64,000 nt of DNA from Auanema rhodensis (taxonomy: Eukaryota; Animalia; Nematoda), in contig OZ059899.1 in the NCBI GenBank assembly GCA_964057225.1, positions 17,050,001 through 17,114,000 of the forward strand, written 5' to 3'. Numbering within the stretch: position 1 is the stretch's first letter; each line of letters opens with the position of its first letter. Positions 28,055 through 41,889 of the stretch are shown here, piece after piece. The translations under genes were made by a program, and so were the position numbers. The notes under the pieces were generated by a model. It had not been told where the DNA came from. It saw nothing but the letters and a program-made list of their open reading frames with translations, and ran no database searches.

Positions 28055-30160
28055 TTGAAAAAAGACGCATTAGTGTATGTTGAGTTTCCATGTACACTCA
28101 ACATTGCTTCCAAAAACATTTTGACAAAAATTTTTTCGAAAAATTTCAAAATAATTTCGCAAAAAGTAAATGTTTTTAGATTCCTTTTTTTAAGGCAAAG
28201 ACGATGGACAATGTTATTCAACGAAAAAATTAATTCTGCAGGGTGAAAATCGAGGATATAAGTGTGAACTTATATCAGTTGATATCTCGGTGCATTTTTA
28301 AGCTAGCGCAAATCTGATAACACAGATCGACGCAGCTTAAAAATTCGCATCGAATGCACTATACAACATTGAGAAACGCTTAATACAAAAATTAGTTATG
28401 ATCGTTTGAAAAAAGACGCATTAGTGTATGTTGAGTTTCCATGTACACTCAACATTGCTTCCAAAAACATTTTGACAAAAATTTTTTCGAAAAATTTCAA
28501 AATAATTTCGCAAAAAGTAAATGTTTTTAGATTCCTTTTTTTAAGGCAAAGACGATGGACAATGTTATTCAACGAAAAAATTAATTCTGCAGGGTGAAAA
28601 TCGAGGATATAAGTGTGAACTTATATCAGTTGATATCTCGGTGCATTTTTAAGCTAGCGCAAATCTGATAACACAGATCGACGCAGCTTAAAAATCCGCA
28701 TCGAATGCACTATACTACATTGAGAAACGCTTAATACAAAAATTAGTTATGATCGTTTGAAAAATGATGCATTAGTGTATGTTGAGTTTCCATGTACACT
28801 CAACATTGCTTCCAAAAACATTTTGACAAAAATTTTTTCGAAAAATTTCAAAATAATTTCGCAAAAAGTAAATGTTTTTAGATTCCTTTTTTTAAGGCAA
28901 AGACGATGGACAATGTTATTCAACGAAAAAATTAATTCTGCAGGGTGAAAATCGAGGATATAAGTGTGAACTTATATCAGTTGATATCTCAGTGCATTTT
29001 TAAGCTAGCGCAAATCTGATAACACAGATCGACGCAGCTTAAAAATCCGCATCGAATGCACTATACTACATTGAGAAACGCTTAATACAAAAATTAGTTA
29101 TGATCGTTTGAAAAATGATGCATTAGTGTATGTTGAGTTTCCATGTACACTCAACATTGCTTCCAAAAACATTTTGACAAAACTTTTTTCGAAAAATTTC
29201 AGAATATTTTAGCAAAAAATAGTTGTTTTTAGATTCCTTTTTTCAAGACAAAGACGATGGACAATGTTATTCAACGAAAAAATTAATTCTGCAGGGTGAA
29301 AATCGAGGATATAAGTGTGAACTTATATCAGTTGATATCTCGGTGCATTTTTAAGCTAGCGCAAATCTGATAACACAAATCGACGCAGCTTAAAAATCCG
29401 CATCGAATGCACTATACAACATTAAGAAACGCTTAATACAAAAATTAGTTATGATCGTTTGAAAAAAGACGCATTAGTGTATGTTGAGTTTCCATGTACA
29501 CTCAACATTGCTTCCAAAAACATTTTGACAAAAATTTTTTCGAAAAATTTCAAAATAATTTCGCAAAAAGTAAATGTTTTTAGATTCCTTTTTTTAAGGC
29601 AAAGACGATGGACAATGTTATTCAACGAAAAAATTAATTCTGCAGGGTGAAAATCGAGGATATAAGTGTGAACTTATATCAGTTGATATCTCGGTGCATT
29701 TTTAAGCTAGCGCAAATCTGATAACACAGATCGACGCAGCTTAAAAATTCGCATCGAATGCACTATACAACATTGAGAAACGCTTAATACAAAAATTAGT
29801 TATGATCGTTTGAAAAAAGACGCATTAGTGTATGTTGAGTTTCCATGTACACTCAACATTGCTTCCAAAAACATTTTGACAAAAATTTTTTCGAAAAATT
29901 TCAAAATAATTTCGCAAAAAGTAAATGTTTTTAGATTCCTTTTTTTAAGGCAAAGACGATGGACAATGTTATTCAACGAAAAAATTAATTCTGCAGGGTG
30001 AAAATCGAGGATATAAGTGTGAACTTATATCAGTTGATATCTCGGTGCATTTTTGAGCTAGCGCAAATCTGATAACACAGATCGACGCAGCTTAAAAATT
30101 CGCATCGAATGCACTATACAACATTGAGAAACGCTTAATACAAAAATTAGTTATGATCGT

Positions 30161-30511
30161 TTGAAAAAAGACGCATTAGTGTATGTTGAGTTTCCATGTA
30201 CACTCAACATTGCTTCCAAAAACATTTTTACAAAAATTTTTCCGAAAAATTTCAAAATAATTTCGCAAAAAGTAGATGTTTTTAGATTCCTTTTTTCAAG
30301 GCAAAGACGATGGACAATGTTATTCAACGAAAAAATTAATTCTGCAGGGTGAAAATCGAGGATATAAGTGTGAACTTATATCAGTTGATATCTCGGTGCA
30401 TTTTTGAGCTAGCGCAAATCTGATAACACAGATCGACGCAGCTTAAAAATTCGCATCGAATGCACTATACAACATTGAGAAACGCTTAATACAAAAATTA
30501 GTTATGATCGT
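30161..30511. repeat. First subtype C monomer
   Basis: Linked changes ATTTTTACA, TTTTTCCGAAA, GTAGATG and TTCAAGG (F/P/D/S variants in the ORF track). Absent before 30.1 kb and the majority type after about 58.6 kb. Confidence 0.93.
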
Positions 30512-33500
30512 TTGAAAAAAGACGCATTAGTGTATGTTGAGTTTCCATGTACACTCAACATTGCTTCCAAAAACATTTTTACAAAAATTTTTCCGAAAAA
30601 TTTCAAAATAATTTCGCAAAAAGTAGATGTTTTTAGATTCCTTTTTTCAAGGCAAAGACGATGGACAATGTTATTCAACGGAAAAATTAATTCTGCAGGG
30701 TGAAAATCGAGGATATAAGTGTGAACTTATATCAGTTGATATCTCGGTGCATTTTTAAGCTAGCGCAAATCTGATAACACAGATCGACGCAGCTTAAAAA
30801 TCCGCATCGAATGCATTATACTACATTGAGAAACGCTTAATACAAAAATTAGTTATGATCGTTTGAAAAATGATGCATTAGTGTATGTTGAGTTTCCATG
30901 TACACTCAACATTGCTTCCAAAAACATTTTGACAAAAATTTTTTCGAAAAATTTCAAAATAATTTCGCAAAAAGTAAATGTTTTTAGATTCCTTTTTTTA
31001 AGGCAAAGACGATGGACAATGTTATTCAACGAAAAAATTAATTCTGCAGGGTGAAAATCGAGGATATAAGTGTGAACTTATATCAGTTGATATCTCGGTG
31101 CATTTTTAAGCTAGCGCAAATCTGATAACACAGATCGACGCAGCTTAAAAATCCGCATCGAATGCACTATACTACATTGAGAAACGCTTAATACAAAAAT
31201 TAGTTATGATCGTTTGAAAAATGATGCATTAGTGTATGTTGAGTTTCCATGTACACTCAACATTGCTTCCAAAAACATTTTGACAAAAATTTTTTCGAAA
31301 AATTTCAAAATAATTTCGCAAAAAGTAAATGTTTTTAGATTCCTTTTTTTAAGGCAAAGACGATGGACAATGTTATTCAACGAAAAAATTAATTCTGCAG
31401 GGTGAAAATCGAGGATATAAGTGTGAACTTATATCAGTTGATATCTCGGTGCATTTTTAAGCTAGCGCAAATCTGATAACACAGATCGACGCAGCTTAAA
31501 AATCCGCATCGAATGCACTATACTACATTGAGAAACGCTTAATACAAAAATTAGTTATGATCGTTTGAAAAATGATGCATTAGTGTATGTTGAGTTTCCA
31601 TGTACACTCAACATTGCTTCCAAAAACATTTTGACAAAAATTTTTTCGAAAAATTTCAGAATATTTTAGCAAAAAATAGTTGTTTTTAGATTCCTTTTTT
31701 CAAGGCAAAGACGATGGACAATGTTATTCAACGAAAAAATTAATTCTGCAGGGTGAAAATCGAGGATATAAGTGTGAACTTATATCAGTTGATATCTCGG
31801 TGCATTTTTAAGCTAGCGCAAATCTGATAACACAAATCGACGCAGCTTAAAAATCCGCATCGAATGCACTATACAACATTAAGAAACGCTTAATACAAAA
31901 ATTAGTTATGATCGTTTGAAAAAAGACGCATTAGTGTATGTTGAGTTTCCATGTACACTCAACATTGCTTCCAAAAACATTTTGACAAAAATTTTTTCGA
32001 AAAATTTCAAAATAATTTCGCAAAAAGTAAATGTTTTTAGATTCCTTTTTTTAAGGCAAAGACGATGGACAATGTTATTCAACGAAAAAATTAATTCTGC
32101 AGGGTGAAAATCGAGGATATAAGTGTGAACTTATATCAGTTGATATCTCGGTGCATTTTTAAGCTAGCGCAAATCTGATAACACAGATCGACGCAGCTTA
32201 AAAATCCGCATCGAATGCACTATACAACATTGAGAAACGCTTAATACAAAAATTAGTTATGATCGTTTGAAAAAAGATGCATTAGTGTATGTTGAGTTTC
32301 CATGTACACTCAACATTGCTTCCAAAAACATTTTGACAAAAATTTTTTCGAAAAATTTCAAAATAATTTCGCAAAAAGTAAATGTTTTTAGATTCCTTTT
32401 TTTAAGGCAAAGACGATGGACAATGTTATTCAACGAAAAAATTAATTCTGCAGGGTGAAAATCGAGGATATAAGTGTGAACTTATATCAGTTGATATCTC
32501 GGTGCATTTTTAAGCTAGCGCAAATCTGATAACACAAATCGACGCAGCTTAAAAATCCGCATCGAATGCACTATACAACATTAAGAAACGCTTAATACAA
32601 AAATTAGTTATGATCGTTTGAAAAAAGACGCATTAGTGTATGTTGAGTTTCCATGTACACTCAACATTGCTTCCAAAAACATTTTGACAAAAATTTTTTC
32701 GAAAAATTTCAAAATAATTTCGCAAAAAGTAAATGTTTTTAGATTCCTTTTTTTAAGGCAAAGACGATGGACAATGTTATTCAACGAAAAAATTAATTCT
32801 GCAGGGTGAAAATCGAGGATATAAGTGTGAACTTATATCAGTTGATATCTCGGTGCATTTTTAAGCTAGCGCAAATCTGATAACACAGATCGACGCAGCT
32901 TAAAAATCCGCATCGAATGCACTATACTACATTGAGAAACGCTTAATACAAAAATTAGTTATGATCGTTTGAAAAATGATGCATTAGTGTATGTTGAGTT
33001 TCCATGTACACTCAACATTGCTTCCAAAAACATTTTGACAAAACTTTTTTCGAAAAATTTCAGAATATTTTAGCAAAAAATAGTTGTTTTTAGATTCCTT
33101 TTTTCAAGGCAAAGACGATGGACAATGTTATTCAACGAAAAAATTAATTCTGCAGGGTGAAAATCGAGGATATAAGTGTGAACTTATATCAGTTGATATC
33201 TCGGTGCATTTTTAAGCTAGCGCAAATCTGATAACACAAATCGACGCAGCTTAAAAATCCGCATCGAATGCACTATACAACATTAAGAAACGCTTAATAC
33301 AAAAATTAGTTATGATCGTTTGAAAAAAGACGCATTAGTGTATGTTGAGTTTCCATGTACACTCAACATTGCTTCCAAAAACATTTTGACAAAAATTTTT
33401 TCGAAAAATTTCAAAATAATTTCGCAAAAAGTAAATGTTTTTAGATTCCTTTTTTTAAGGCAAAGACGATGGACAATGTTATTCAACGAAAAAATTAATT

Positions 33501-36500
33501 CTGCAGGGTGAAAATCGAGGATATAAGTGTGAACTTATATCAGTTGATATCTCGGTGCATTTTTGAGCTAGCGCAAATCTGATAACACAGATCGACGCAG
33601 CTTAAAAATTCGCATCGAATGCACTATACAACATTGAGAAACGCTTAATACAAAAATTAGTTATGATCGTTTGAAAAAAGACGCATTAGTGTATGTTGAG
33701 TTTCCATGTACACTCAACATTGCTTCCAAAAACATTTTTACAAAAATTTTTCCGAAAAATTTCAAAATAATTTCGCAAAAAGTAGATGTTTTTAGATTCC
33801 TTTTTTCAAGGCAAAGACGATGGACAATGTTATTCAACGGAAAAATTAATTCTGCAGGGTGAAAATCGAGGATATAAGTGTAAACTTATATCAGTTGATA
33901 TTTCGGTGCATTTTTAAGCTAGCGCAAATCTGATAACACAGATCGACGCAGCTTAAAAATCCGCATCGAATGCACTATACAACATTGAGAAACGCTTAAT
34001 ACAAAAATTAGTTATGATCGTTTGAAAAAAGACGCATTAGTGTATGTTGAGTTTCCATGTACACTCAACATTGCTTCCAAAAACATTTTGACAAAAATTT
34101 TTTCGAAAAATTTCAAAATAATTTCGCAAAAAGTAAATGTTTTTAGATTCCTTTTTTTAAGGCAAAGACGATGGACAATGTTATTCAACGAAAAAATTAA
34201 TTCTGCAGGGTGAAAATCGAGGATATAAGTGTGAACTTATATCAGTTGATATCTCGGTGCATTTTTAAGCTAGCGCAAATCTGATAACACAGATCGACGC
34301 AGCTTAAAAATCCGCATCGAATGCACTATACTACATTGAGAAACGCTTAATACAAAAATTAGTTATGATCGTTTGAAAAATGATGCATTAGTGTATGTTG
34401 AGTTTCCATGTACACTCAACATTGCTTCCAAAAACATTTTGACAAAAATTTTTTCGAAAAATTTCAAAATAATTTCGCAAAAAGTAAATGTTTTTAGATT
34501 CCTTTTTTTAAGGCAAAGACGATGGACAATGTTATTCAACGAAAAAATTAATTCTGCAGGGTGAAAATCGAGGATATAAGTGTGAACTTATATCAGTTGA
34601 TATCTCGGTGCATTTTTAAGCTAGCGCAAATCTGATAACACAGATCGACGCAGCTTAAAAATCCGCATCGAATGCACTATACTACATTGAGAAACGCTTA
34701 ATACAAAAATTAGTTATGATCGTTTGAAAAATGATGCATTAGTGTATGTTGAGTTTCCATGTACACTCAACATTGCTTCCAAAAACATTTTGACAAAAAT
34801 TTTTTCGAAAAATTTCAAAATAATTTCGCAAAAAGTAAATGTTTTTAGATTCCTTTTTTTAAGGCAAAGACGATGGACAATGTTATTCAACGAAAAAATT
34901 AATTCTGCAGGGTGAAAATCGAGGATATAAGTGTGAACTTATATCAGTTGATATCTCGGTGCATTTTTAAGCTAGCGCAAATCTGATAACACAGATCGAC
35001 GCAGCTTAAACATCCGCATCGAATGCACTATACTACATTGAGAAACGCTTAATACAAAAATTAGTTATGATCGTTTGAAAAATGATGCATTAGTGTATGT
35101 TGAGTTTCCATGTACACTCAACATTGCTTCCAAAAACATTTTGACAAAAATTTTTTCGAAAAATTTCAGAATATTTTAGCAAAAAATAGTTGTTTTTAGA
35201 TTCCTTTTTTCAAGGCAAAGACGATGGACAATGTTATTCAACGAAAAAATTAATTCTGCAGGGTGAAAATCGAGGATATAAGTGTGAACTTATATCAGTT
35301 GATATCTCGGTGCATTTTTAAGCTAGCGCAAATCTGATAACACAAATCGACGCAGCTTAAAAATCCGCATCGAATGCACTGTACAACATTAAGAAACGCT
35401 TAATACAAAAATTAGTTATGATCGTTTGAAAAAAGACGCATTAGTGTATGTTGAGTTTCCATGTACACTCAACATTGCTTCCAAAAACATTTTGACAAAA
35501 ATTTTTTCGAAAAATTTCAAAATAATTTCGCAAAAAGTAAATGTTTTTAGATTCCTTTTTTTAAGGCAAAGACGATGGACAATGTTATTCAACGAAAAAA
35601 TTAATTCTGCAGGGTGAAAATCGAGGATATAAGTGTGAACTTATATCAGTTGATATCTCGGTGCATTTTTAAGCTAGCGCAAATCTGATAACACAGATCG
35701 ACGCAGCTTAAAAATCCGCATCGAATGCACTATACAACATTGAGAAACGCTTAATACAAAAATTAGTTATGATCGTTTGAAAAATGATGCATTAGTGTAT
35801 GTTGAGTTTCCATGTACACTCAACATTGCTTCCAAAAACATTTTGACAAAAATTTTTCCGAAAAATTTCAAAATAATTTCGCAAAAAGTAGATGTTTTTA
35901 GATTCCTTTTTTCAAGGCAAAGACGATGGACAATGTTATTCAACGAAAAAATTAATTCTGCAGGGTGAAAATCGAGGATATAAGTGTGAACTTATATCAG
36001 TTGATATCTCGGTGCATTTTTGAGCTAGCGCAAATCTGATAACACAGATCGACGCAGCTTAAAAATTCGCATCGAATGCACTATACAACATTGAGAAACG
36101 CTTAATACAAAAATTAGTTATGATCGTTTGAAAAAAGACGCATTAGTGTATGTTGAGTTTCCATGTACACTCAACATTGCTTCCAAAAACATTTTTACAA
36201 AAATTTTTCCGAAAAATTTCAAAATAATTTCGCAAAAAGTAGATGTTTTCAGATTCCTTTTTTCAAGGCAAAGACGATGGACAATGTTATTCAACGGAAA
36301 AATTAATTCTGCAGGGTGAAAATCGAGGATATAAGTGTGAACTTATATCAGTTGATATCTCGGTGCATTTTTAAGCTAGCGCAAATCTGATAACACAGAT
36401 CGACGCAGCTTAAAAATCCGCATCGAATGCACTATACAACATTGAGAAACGCTTAATACAAAAATTAGTTATGATCGTTTGAAAAAAGACGCATTAGTGT

Positions 36501-39500
36501 ATGTTGAGTTTCCATGTACACTCAACATTGCTTCCAAAAACATTTTGACAAAAATTTTTTCGAAAAATTTCAAAATAATTTCGCAAAAAGTAAATGTTTT
36601 TAGATTCCTTTTTTTAAGGCAAAGACGATGGACAATGTTATTCAACGAAAAAATTAATTCTGCAGGGTGAAAATCGAGGATATAAGTGTGAACTTATATC
36701 AGTTGATATCTCGGTGCATTTTTAAGCTAGCGCAAATCTGATAACACAGATCGACGCAGCTTAAAAATCCGCATCGAATGCACTATACTACATTGAGAAA
36801 CGCTTAATACAAAAATTAGTTATGATCGTTTGAAAAATGATGCATTAGTGTATGTTGAGTTTCCATGTACACTCAACATTGCTTCCAAAAACATTTTGAC
36901 AAAAATTTTTTCGAAAAATTTCAAAATAATTTCGCAAAAAGTAAATGTTTTTAGATTCCTTTTTTTAAGGCAAAGACGATGGACAATGTTATTCAACGAA
37001 AAAATTAATTCTGCAGGGTGAAAATCGAGGATATAAGTGTGAACTTATATCAGTTGATATCTCGGTGCATTTTTAAGCTAGCGCAAATCTGATAACACAA
37101 ATCGACGCAGCTTAAAAATCCGCATCGAATGCACTGTACAACATTAAGAAACGCTTAATACAAAAATTAGTTATGATCGTTTGAAAAAAGACGCATTAGT
37201 GTATGTTGAGTTTCCATGTACACTCAACATTGCTTCCAAAAACATTTTGACAAAAATTTTTTCGAAAAATTTCAAATTAATTTCGCAAAAAGTAAATGTT
37301 TTTAGATTCCTTTTTTTAAGGCAAAGACGATGGACAATGTTATTCAACGAAAAAATTAATTCTGCAGGGTGAAAATCGAGGATATAAGTGTGAACTTATA
37401 TCAGTTGATATCTCGGTGCATTTTTAAGCTAGCGCAAATCTGATAACACAGATCGACGCAGCTTAAAAATCCGCATCGAATGCACTATACAACATTGAGA
37501 AACGCTTAATACAAAAATTAGTTATGATCGTTTGAAAAATGATGCATTAGTGTATGTTGAGTTTCCATGTACACTCAACATTGCTTCCAAAAACATTTTG
37601 ACAAAAATTTTTCCGAAAAATTTCAAAATAATTTCGCAAAAAGTAGATGTTTTTAGATTCCTTTTTTCAAGGCAAAGACGATGGACAATGTTATTCAACG
37701 GAAAAATTAATTCTGCAGGGTGAAAATCGAGGATATAAGTGTGAACTTATATCAGTTGATATCTCGGTGCATTTTTAAGCTAGCGCAAATCTGATAACAC
37801 AGATCGACGCAGCTTAAAAATCCGCATCGAATGCACTATACAACATTGAGAAACGCTTAATACAAAAATTAGTTATGATCGTTTGAAAAAAGACGCATTA
37901 GTGTATGTTGAGTTTCCATGTACACTCAACATTGCTTCCAAAAACATTTTGACAAAAATTTTTTCGAAAAATTTCAAAATAATTTCGCAAAAAGTAAATG
38001 TTTTTAGATTCCTTTTTTTAAGGCAAAGACGATGGACAATGTTATTCAACGAAAAAATTAATTCTGCAGGGTGAAAATCGAGGATATAAGTGTGAACTTA
38101 TATCAGTTGATATCTCGGTGCATTTTTAAGCTAGCGCAAATCTGATAACACAGATCGACGCAGCTTAAAAATCCGCATCGAATGCACTATACTACATTGA
38201 GAAACGCTTAATACAAAAATTAGTTATGATCGTTTGAAAAATGATGCATTAGTGTATGTTGAGTTTCCATGTACACTCAACATTGCTTCCAAAAACATTT
38301 TGACAAAAATTTTTTCGAAAAATTTCAAAATAATTTCGCAAAAAGTAAATGTTTTTAGATTCCTTTTTTTAAGGCAAAGACGATGGACAATGTTATTCAA
38401 CGAAAAAATTAATTCTGCAGGGTGAAAATCGAGGATATAAGTGTGAACTTATATCAGTTGATATCTCGGTGCATTTTAAGCTAGCGCAAATCTGATAACA
38501 CAGATCGACGCAGCTTAAAAATCCGCATCGAATGCACTATACTACATTGAGAAACGCTTAATACAAAAATTAGTTATGATCGTTTGAAAAATGATGCATT
38601 AGTGTATGTTGAGTTTCCATGTACACTCAACATTGCTTCCAAAAACATTTTGACAAAAATTTTTTCGAAAAATTTCAAAATAATTTCGCAAAAAGTAAAT
38701 GTTTTTAGATTCCTTTTTTCAAGGCAAAGACGATGGACAATGTTATTCAACGGAAAAATTAATTCTGCAGGGTGAAAATCGAGGATATAAGTGTGAACTT
38801 ATATCAGTTGATATCTCGGTGCATTTTTAAGCTAGCGCAAATCTGATAACACAGATCGACGCAGCTTAAAAATCCGCATCGAATGCACTATACAACATTG
38901 AGAAACGCTTAATACAAAAATTAGTTATGATCGTTTGAAAAAAGACGCATTAGTGTATGTTGAGTTTCCATGTACACTCAACATTGCTTCCAAAAACATT
39001 TTGACAAAAATTTTTTCGAAAAATTTCAAAATAATTTCGCAAAAAGTAAATGTTTTTAGATTCCTTTTTTTAAGGCAAAGACGATGGACAATGTTATTCA
39101 ACGAAAAAATTAATTCTGCAGGGTGAAAATCGAGGATATAAGTGTGAACTTATATCAGTTGATATCTCGGTGCATTTTTAAGCTAGCGCAAATCTGATAA
39201 CACAGATCGACGCAGCTTAAAAATCCGCATCGAATGCACTATACTACATTGAGAAACGCTTAATACAAAAATTAGTTATGATCGTTTGAAAAATGATGCA
39301 TTAGTGTATGTTGAGTTTCCATGTACACTCAACATTGCTTCCAAAAACATTTTGACAAAAATTTTTTCGAAAAATTTCAAAATAATTTCGCAAAAAGTAA
39401 ATGTTTTTAGATTCCTTTTTTTAAGGCAAAGACGATGGACAATGTTATTCAACGAAAAAATTAATTCTGCAGGGTGAAAATCGAGGATATAAGTGTGAAC

Positions 39501-41889
39501 TTATATCAGTTGATATCTCGGTGCATTTTTAAGCTAGCGCAAATCTGATAACACAGATCGACGCAGCTTAAAAATCCGCATCGAATGCACTATACTACAT
39601 TGAGAAACGCTTAATACAAAAATTAGTTATGATCGTTTGAAAAATGATGCATTAGTGTATGTTGAGTTTCCATGTACACTCAACATTGCTTCCAAAAACA
39701 TTTTGACAAAAATTTTTTCGAAAAATTTCAGAATATTTTAGCAAAAAATAGTTGTTTTTAGATTCCTTTTTTCAAGGCAAAGACGATGGACAATGTTATT
39801 CAACGAAAAAATTAATTCTGCAGGGTGAAAATCGAGGATATAAGTGTGAACTTATATCAGTTGATATCTCGGTGCATTTTTAAGCTAGCGCAAATCTGAT
39901 AACACAAATCGACGCAGCTTAAAAATCCGCATCGAATGCACTATACAACATTAAGAAACGCTTAATACAAAAATTAGTTATGATCGTTTGAAAAAAGACG
40001 CATTAGTGTATGTTGAGTTTCCATGTACACTCAACATTGCTTCCAAAAACATTTTGACAAAAATTTTTTCGAAAAATTTCAAAATAATTTCGCAAAAAGT
40101 AAATGTTTTTAGATTCCTTTTTTTAAGGCAAAGACGATGGACAATGTTATTCAACGAAAAAATTAATTCTGCAGGGTGAAAATCGAGGATATAAGTGTGA
40201 ACTTATATCAGTTGATATCTCGGTGCATTTTTAAGCTAGCGCAAATCTGATAACACAGATCGACGCAGCTTAAAAATCCGCATCGATTGCACTATACAAC
40301 ATTGAGAAACGCTTAATACAAAAATTAGTTATGATCGTTTGAAAAAAGATGCATTAGTGTATGTTGAGTTTCCATGTACACTCAACATTGCTTCCAAAAA
40401 CATTTTGACAAAAATTTTTTCGAAAAATTTCAAAATAATTTCGCAAAAAGTAAATGTTTTTAGATTCCTTTTTTTAAGGCAAAGACGATGGACAATGTTA
40501 TTCAACGAAAAAATTAATTCTGCAGGGTGAAAATCGAGGATATAAGTGTGAACTTATATCAGTTGATATCTCGGTGCATTTTTAAGCTAGCGCAAATCTG
40601 ATAACACAGATCGACGCAGCTTAAAAATCCGCATCGAATGCACTATACAACATTGAGAAACGCTTAATACAAAAATTAGTTATGATCGTTTGAAAAATGA
40701 TGCATTAGTGTATGTTTAGTTTCCATGTACACTCAACATTGCTTCCAAAAACATTTTGACAAAAATTTTTCCGAAAAATTTCAAAATAATTTCGCAAAAA
40801 GTAGATGTTTTTAGATTCCTTTTTTCAAGGCAAAGACGATGGACAATGTTATTCAACGAAAAAATTAATTCTGCAGGGTGAAAATCGAGGATATAAGTGT
40901 GAACTTATATCAGTTGATATCTCGGTGCATTTTTGAGCTAGCGCGAATCTGATAACACAGATCGACGCAGCTTAAAAATTCGCATCGAATGCACTATACA
41001 ACATTGAGAAACGCTTAATACAAAAATTAGTTATGATCGTTTGAAAAAAGACGCATTAGTGTATGTTGAGTTTCCATGTACACTCAACATTGCTTCCAAA
41101 AACATTTTTACAAAAATTTTTCCGAAAAATTTCAAAATAATTTCGCAAAAAGTAGATGTTTTTAGATTCCTTTTTTCAAGGCAAAGACGATGGACAATGT
41201 TATTCAACGGAAAAATTAATTCTGCAGGGTGAAAATCGAGGATATAAGTGTGAACTTATATCAGTTGATATCTCGGTGCATTTTTAAGCTAGCGCAAATC
41301 TGATAACACAGATCGACGCAGCTTAAAAATCCGCATCGAATGCACTATACAACATTGAGAAACGCTTAATACAAAAATTAGTTATGATCGTTTGAAAAAA
41401 GACGCATTAGTGTATGTTGAGTTTCCATGTACACTCAACATTGCTTCCAAAAACATTTTGACAAAAATTTTTTCGAAAAATTTCAAAATAATTTCGCAAA
41501 AAGTAAATGTTTTTAGATTCCTTTTTTTAAGGCAAAGACGATGGACAATGTTATTCAACGAAAAAATTAATTCTGCAGGGTGAAAATCGAGGATATAAGT
41601 GTGAACTTATATCAGTTGATATCTCGGTGCATTTTTAAGCTAGCGCAAATCTGATAACACAGATCGACGCAGCTTAAAAATCCGCATCGAATGCACTATA
41701 CTACATTGAGAAACGCTTAATACAAAAATTAGTTATGATCGTTTGAAAAATGATGCATTAGTGTATGTTGAGTTTCCATGTACACTCAACATTGCTTCCA
41801 AAAACATTTTGACAAAAATTTTTTCGAAAAATTTCAAAATAATTTCGCAAAAAGTAAATGTTTTTAGATTCCTTTTTTTAAGGCAAAGA

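Noticed and set aside
38471-38480. Singleton T deletion as a biological variant
   Set aside because: It occurs once in a homopolymer and cannot be distinguished from sequencing error.
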